A DNA stretch of 32,000 bases, taken from the NCBI RefSeq assembly GCF_900167395.1, contig NZ_FUWK01000004.1, positions 30,001 through 62,000 of the forward strand, written 5' to 3'. The notes under the pieces are model-generated. The model saw nothing but the letters and a program-made list of their open reading frames with translations. It made no database searches and was not told the origin of the DNA. This DNA is from Nitrosomonas europaea. GTDB lineage: Bacteria > Pseudomonadota > Gammaproteobacteria > Burkholderiales > Nitrosomonadaceae. The stretch's first letter is position 1. Every line of letters starts with the position of its first letter. Both the position numbers and the translations under genes were made by a program. Below are positions 26,234-32,000 of the stretch, in pieces.

Positions 26234-27580
26234 TCAGTTATCCTCAACTTTATATTCCACGTAAGCCTGGTCTCTGAGCTGTTGCAACCATTCCTGCACA
26301 ATGGCATCTGCCTTGCGCGCATGTATGGTATGGCGCGCCGCTTCCCGTTGCTGGCGTTCACTCACATCCTGTGAGCGTCGCTCGATGACCTTGATCAAAT
26401 GCCAGCCAAAAGGAGTACGCACAGGCGGGCTGACTTGCCCCGGCAACAACGCATTCATCGCCTGTTCAAATTCAGGCACGGTATCTCCCGGCGAGACCCA
26501 ACCTAAATCTCCTCCGGCAGATGCACTGGCATCCTCCGAATGTGCCTTGGCTACATCCATGAAATCTGCACCGTTATGAATACGTTCCATGAGCTGATTG
26601 ATCAACTGATGAGCATCCTCTTCCGAAACCAGTTCGCTAACCTTGATCAGAATATGCTGTGCATGGGTCTGTTCAATGATCGTCACCTTTTGTTCCTGCT
26701 GCCGACGTTCGAGTAATTTAAGGATATGAAAACCCACCGGGCTTCGTACTACCGGGGTAACCTCTCCCGGTTGCATATTCACCAGCATTTCAGTAAATGG
26801 CGAACCCAGTTGACCCAGTGGCCGCCAGCCAAGCTCTCCTCCCTGCATCGCATCCGGTGCATCAGAAAATTCAGCAGATACCCGCACAAAATCTGCCCCC
26901 TGGCGGAGACTTTCATAAGCGGTCTCGGCACGTTTATGCCTGGCTTCGATTTGCGCCTCATCCATCTGTTCCGAAATCTGCACCAGGATATGTGCAATAC
27001 GATATTCCTCATTACCGGCAGGTGAATTAGCCTGATTCTGCAGGAAATTATCGATTTCATTCTCTGTGACATTGACACGACTGTTGACTTCCTGTTCTTT
27101 CAGTCGGGACATCAGGATTTCACCGCGAATTTCCTCACGAAACCGATTCATGTCGGTTCCTTCCTGGAGAAGTACCTGCCTGAATTCATCCATGGTGAGA
27201 TGGTTATCCTGGATAATCCGGCGCAAAGTCTGGTCGAGATCATTATCACTGACCGTCAATCCGATTTCCTTGGCACGCTGTAGTTGTATACGTTTTAGAA
27301 TCAAACGCTCCAGCAGTTGTTTCTCCAGAATTTCCATGCGGGGTAACTGGGTATTCTGTCTCTGTAATTGTTGAACTGTATTTTGCAACACCTCGTTGAT
27401 TTCCTGCTGAGTGATGACTTCTTCATTGACAACCGCTACGATGCGGTCGATCGGCTTAATATCCTCTCTCGAATAAGAACTCTGGGCAAAAACATCGGCT
27501 GCCAGCATAGTGGCAAAAACGGCATAGATCAGCCAGTATTTCCTGAATTTCAATTGCCTGTCACTGCTGAATTGGATCAT
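26234..27580 (-). CDS. surA: Periplasmic chaperone / peptidyl-prolyl isomerase SurA
   Basis: Signal peptide, a SurA N-domain and two parvulin domains (GGELGW, GGDLGW). There is a 1-nt TAATG overlap with lptD. Confidence 0.9.
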
Positions 27581-29751
27581 TACAAATCTGTCCTCATATA
27601 ACCCGGAATGGTCTGTTGCAGCACACGTACCGGATTGGTGCCGATTCTCATCAAATCGTTCAACTCCAGCTGAACGAAAATATTGGTCGAAGTGCGCTGT
27701 GTCGCAGTCGTGAAATGGCTGGTCACAAATCTCAATGACCAGCAGCAGGCGTTATACTCAAGACCCAGCAGACCGGCAAGTAATTTGTCATCTTTCAGCG
27801 AGTAATTGATGGCTGCAAAACCTTGCCATTTTTTCAGGAATGGCCATTGAGTGGAAAGATCGACCTGCTCCAGCACATCCCGGGTGAAACGATAACCTGC
27901 ATTGATAACCTTTCCGGGTGCCGGACGATAGCTGATACCAGTACGTATTTTTTCGATCAGAAAATTATTCTGGTTGAGCTGTATCCCGGTATCTGTCTTG
28001 ATATTCTGTGTGATCCCACCGGAAAGCTCTGCGATGAAATCGGATCCTGCTCTCGTGACCTGAGGGGAAGTGAGTATCACCCGGCGATCACTGAAACGGA
28101 TTCTCTGCCCTGCCGAGAAACGCAGGCGTTCATTACCGGTTGCTGAATGAATCAGACGGGAACTGACTGCCAGTGTAATTTCATTGGCATCGTTGATCCT
28201 GTCTTCACCGCTGAACCTTCTTTCCAGAAATAACTGAGGGTAACTGAAATCCATTTCAGCAGAATCGAAGTTGGGCAACAACTGCTGATCTCTATAAGGA
28301 ATATAGGTATAGAAAACACGTGGTTCGATGGTTTGAACGAAATTCTCGCGCGCCAATGTCGTATCGCGTTCCAGCACTATCCCGCTATCGAAGCTGAATA
28401 TCGGTACCGTCCGGCTGAGATGTTTATCATTTGCTGCCGGATTGGCCGGCTCATTCAGGTCATAGCGGGTATGGTGCAGTGATACCCGCGGCCGGATAAA
28501 ACCAAAGGAATTTTCCAGCGGCAAGCTTACGCCTGGAAGAAATGTCGTACGCAGGCCATGTGGTAAGGTTGAATGCGAAAAATGCGTGAAACTGCCGGAA
28601 AAATCAAAATCCAGGCCATATACATTCCTTTTTGCCGCATTCAGTGTAAATCGCGGCAGGATTTTGAATGGCGAGATGATGGGAGCTCTGGGGTCCTGAA
28701 GGGTCTGGAATTGTTGCAGCAGTGTACTGAAAGTGAGCGTGCCATTGCGACCCAATTCCCTGAAATAACTGGCAAAACCCTGTTGCAGCAAGTTGGTCTG
28801 GGAGGTAAAGAGAATGTTATTGCCCAAATCGCGAAAATAATTGCGATCCGAGGCACTGTTGTAGTTGATCATGCCGAACCATCCCGCACCCAGATTGTGG
28901 AAATGATTGAGCTGCATGCCGTAGCGAGTGGTATCGGTTTCCAGATCATTCGGCAGATAATCCAGTAAGAACCGGCCATTGAGCGTCTGTCCGATATAAC
29001 GAAATTCATTATTGAGCATCACTCCACGTCGGCTCATGAGACGCGGAGTAATCGTGGCATCGTAGTTGGGCGCAATATTCCAGTAAAAAGGAACAGAAAC
29101 CTCAACCCCGCTTCTGCTGGTGTTACCCATAATCGGAGACAGAAATCCGGTTTTCCGCTCATTGCCGAAAGAGAAATTCATCCACGGCACATACAGAATC
29201 GGCACATCCTTGAAGCGAACCGAGGCATGGCGTGCGGTTCCCACTTTCTTTTCTTTATCGATTTCCAGATCATCTGCCAGGATGTACCAGTCATGATCAT
29301 CCTCGGGGCAGGTGGTATAGCGTGCCTTCTTGAATCTGTATTGATTTTCTCCTTCCAGCAGCAGCAGGTTTCCATCACCCCGGCCGTTTCCATCTTTCTG
29401 AAGATATCGCGGCTCACTCAATTGGCCTGTGTTGTCATTCAGGTTCATTTGCAGATAACTGCCCCATAAAATATCATCCGGGCGTTCGAGTTGTGCATTA
29501 CCCTCGACTTCCACATTCTCGTTACTCTGATAATATTTTACCCGGTCAGCCGTCAATGTCTGGTCGCCACGGCGCATACGCACATTGCCGATCGCTTCGA
29601 TCTCTTGCTGGTAATGTCCGTCGATGTGATCTGCTTCGATATAAATCGGCTGGCGCTCACTCGATGCAGGAGATAAGTCTGCACTCATGACCCTGACCGG
29701 CAGCAATACCAGACAGGCGTACAGTATCAGGCACAATTTAAGTGTATTCAT
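27580..29751 (-). CDS. lptD: LPS-assembly outer-membrane protein LptD
   Basis: 723 aa with a signal peptide, an OstA N-domain and a large beta-barrel. It is part of the canonical lptD-surA-pdxA-rsmA synteny. Confidence 0.9.
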
Positions 29752-29962
29752 TCAAGACTGAAACTTTAATGAAGTTTTTGCAGATGCTTTTCTGTAAAGG
29801 CGCTATTATCCGATAATTTTTCCGGAAGCTCGACCGGAACAAAGGCCTGGTTGCTGTTGATTTTGAATGTTTTCAGGTAACAGCCCGATTTTGTTCCGGG
29901 ATGAATAAAGCATATCCGGAAACTCACGCCAATCAGTTATTTTATGCACTTCCACTGTTTCA

Positions 29963-31903
29963 ATGTCTGATCTCAATACTGTTTTCTCGGCTGACGGGCT
30001 ACTTGCCCGGAATATACCAGACTACCGTCCCCGCACCCAGCAACTGGAGATGGCGCAGGCCATCGCGCAAGCCATAGAGAGTCAGGAGGTTCTGGTTACC
30101 GAGGCCGGTACAGGTACGGGTAAAACCTATGCCTATCTGGTACCGGCTTTGTTATCAGGCGGAAAGGTCATTTTATCGACGGGTACCAAAACGTTACAGG
30201 ATCAGCTTTTTCAACGCGATATCCCAACCGTGCGTGCCGCTCTGAAAATACCGGTCACTATCGCATTGCTGAAAGGACGTGCCAACTATATCTGTCATTA
30301 TCATCTTGAACGTACCCTGAATTCAGATCATATTCACTTTGCCAGCCGCACTGAAGTAAAGTATCTCAATCTGATCGAACGCTATGCCGGTACCAGCAGC
30401 CACGGCGATAAAAGCGGGCTGGATAAAGTCCCGGAACAAGCTGCCATCTGGCAGCACGTCACTTCCACACGGGAAAACTGTCTGGGATCGGATTGCCCGC
30501 ATTACCGACAGTGCTTTGTGATGGAAGCGCGCAAGCGAGCACTATCAGCCGATATCGTAGTTGTCAATCACCACCTGTTCTTTGCTGATGTCATGCTACG
30601 TGATGAGGGTCTCTCCGAATTACTGCCTGCCTGCAACACCGTGATATTTGATGAGGCGCATCAGTTACCCGAAGTGGCCAGCCTGTTTTTTGGTGAATCG
30701 GTCAGTACCGGCCAGATACAAGTTCTGGTACGTGATACCGATACTGAAGCACTACTCGAGGCAAAGGATTTTGCTCCCTTGTTCGATGCCACGGCAGCTG
30801 TCGGGAAAGCGGTGCTGGATCTGCACCTGACAATCACGGAAAAACATACACGCATGTCTTCCGCTTCCGCTGCACGCTATCCCGGTTTCAGTGAAGCGCG
30901 GCAAGTCTTACAGGAAAAACTGGTGCTACTGGCCGGATTGCTCGAAACTCAGGCGGTTCGTTCGCAAGGGTTGCAAAACTGCTGGCTGCGGGCACAGACT
31001 CTGCTCAATCGGATCAGGCAGTGGCATGAACAATCTGAATCCCGGGAATTCATCTGCTGGGTCGAGACCTACAGTCAAAGTCTGCAATTCAACACTACAC
31101 CTTTATCCGTTGCAGAAACATTCAGCAAACAACTCGATGCTTCCGCGCGCGCCTGGATATTCACCTCCGCTACCCTGTCAGTCAAAAAGGATTTCTCTCA
31201 TTACAACCGGATGATGGGATTGTTCGAGGCTAAAACGGCCAATTGGGACAGCCCGTTCGATTTTCCCAATCAGGCGTTACTCTATGTGCCTTCCCAACTG
31301 CCCGATCCAAATACGCCACACTACACTGAAAGTATCGTTCAGGCTGTGTTGCCGGTCATCAAGGCAAGCCAGGGACGGGCATTCATCCTGTGTACCAGTC
31401 TGCGCAACATGCAACAGATCCATGAATTGCTGCAGGTTGCCTTTCAACGGGAACAGCTTGAATTTCCCTTGTTGTTGCAAGGACAGGAAGCTCGCTCTGC
31501 CCTGCTGAATCAGTTTCGCCAGCTGGGCAATGCGGTGCTGGTGGGAAGCCAATCCTTCTGGGAAGGTATCGATGTAAAGGGAAATGCCCTTTCACTGGTC
31601 ATCATCGACCGGCTGCCCTTTGCTTCACCGGATGATCCGGTATTGTCTGCACGCATCGAAAAATTTACCCGTGAAGGCCGTAATGCATTCATGGAATACC
31701 AGTTACCCCATGCGATCATCAGCCTGAAACAGGGAGCCGGCCGCCTGATACGAGATGAAAAAGATCGTGGGGTGCTGATGATTTGCGACCCGCGGCTGGT
31801 ATCCAAACCTTATGGCAAGCAGATCTGGCAAAGCCTGCCACCGATGAAACGCACGCGGGATCCGGATGAAGTATTACGTTTTCTGGAAAATGTTGACCAG
31901 TAA
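29963..31903 (+). CDS. DinG/YoaA-family ATP-dependent DNA helicase (Fe-S, XPD-like)
   Basis: Walker A EAGTGTGKT, DEAH box (FDEAHQL), a Cys cluster (...CLGSDCPHYRQC) and C-terminal helicase motifs (SFWEGID, QGAGRLIR). Confidence 0.85.
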   Translation: MSDLNTVFSADGLLARNIPDYRPRTQQLEMAQAIAQAIESQEVLVTEAGTGTGKTYAYLVPALLSGGKVILSTGTKTLQDQLFQRDIPTVRAALKIPVTIALLKGRANYICHYHLERTLNSDHIHFASRTEVKYLNLIERYAGTSSHGDKSGLDKVPEQAAIWQHVTSTRENCLGSDCPHYRQCFVMEARKRALSADIVVVNHHLFFADVMLRDEGLSELLPACNTVIFDEAHQLPEVASLFFGESVSTGQIQVLVRDTDTEALLEAKDFAPLFDATAAVGKAVLDLHLTITEKHTRMSSASAARYPGFSEARQVLQEKLVLLAGLLETQAVRSQGLQNCWLRAQTLLNRIRQWHEQSESREFICWVETYSQSLQFNTTPLSVAETFSKQLDASARAWIFTSATLSVKKDFSHYNRMMGLFEAKTANWDSPFDFPNQALLYVPSQLPDPNTPHYTESIVQAVLPVIKASQGRAFILCTSLRNMQQIHELLQVAFQREQLEFPLLLQGQEARSALLNQFRQLGNAVLVGSQSFWEGIDVKGNALSLVIIDRLPFASPDDPVLSARIEKFTREGRNAFMEYQLPHAIISLKQGAGRLIRDEKDRGVLMICDPRLVSKPYGKQIWQSLPPMKRTRDPDEVLRFLENVDQ

Positions 31904-32000
31904 TTCCATTTCTAAATCAAAACTAACTTTGTCGGCTTCGCCTGGCCGTATTATTTATACTGTCTGCGGCTCGCCTTCGTGTCATTTTTGATTTGGGAAT

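Noticed and set aside
31905-32000. Imperfect inverted repeat after the helicase gene (AAATCAAAA ... TTTTGATTT flanking two CGGCT(T)CGCC direct repeats)
   Set aside because: It could be a REP/MITE-like element or a terminator. It is cut by the window end and the arms are short, so there is not enough evidence.
1-32000. Search for CRISPR arrays, tRNA/rRNA genes, IS transposases and integrases
   Set aside because: I saw no regularly spaced direct repeats, no tRNA-like T-arm/acceptor patterns, and no DDE or tyrosine/serine recombinase motifs on either strand. The absence of an integrase is itself consistent with Xer-dependent integration.

Overview
This is a chromosomal window from a betaproteobacterium-like genome. 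The evidence is the gene content, an EarP/Arg32-type EF-P pair and a Neisseria/E. coli-like dif core. A Nitrosomonas-type host is possible but unverified. Bases 1-15.4 kb are housekeeping genes: a partial PLP decarboxylase, the fghA-adhC formaldehyde detoxification pair, an FtsH protease, a DUF3293-like ORF, and a dihaem plus trihaem cytochrome c pair. They are followed by a PD40/TolB-like propeller, a 1138-aa M1+M28+PDZ fusion peptidase with a glycine-zipper lipoprotein, then ldhA, earP and efp. Bases 23.8-32 kb are also core genes: ogt, the conserved lptD-surA-pdxA-rsmA cluster and a DinG/YoaA-type helicase. The accessory part is 15.5-23.6 kb. It carries three dif-like 28-mers with an identical TGTATA core, at 15513, 17203 and 23597; the middle one is a complete XerC/XerD dif. 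They delimit two tandem integrase-less elements. One is a ~6.4 kb Inovirus-type filamentous prophage with an ORF112-Rep-(ssDNA-binding protein)-major coat-minor coat-pIII-like-pVI-like-Zot operon. It also carries a divergent XRE repressor and a convergent DUF3653-like regulator. The other is a ~1.7 kb mini-element that encodes only regulators but shares an exact 29-nt sequence containing a hairpin and an intergenic motif with the prophage, so it looks like a satellite. The most unusual point is that the prophage repressor ORF reads through the att core. In the integrated state it is stopped by the single base that distinguishes the right-hand XerD arm. In the predicted circular form it would gain a 37-codon basic tail ending exactly at tandem terminators. 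No rRNA, tRNA or CRISPR array was seen. All family names come from motif recognition by eye and need HMM/BLAST confirmation.
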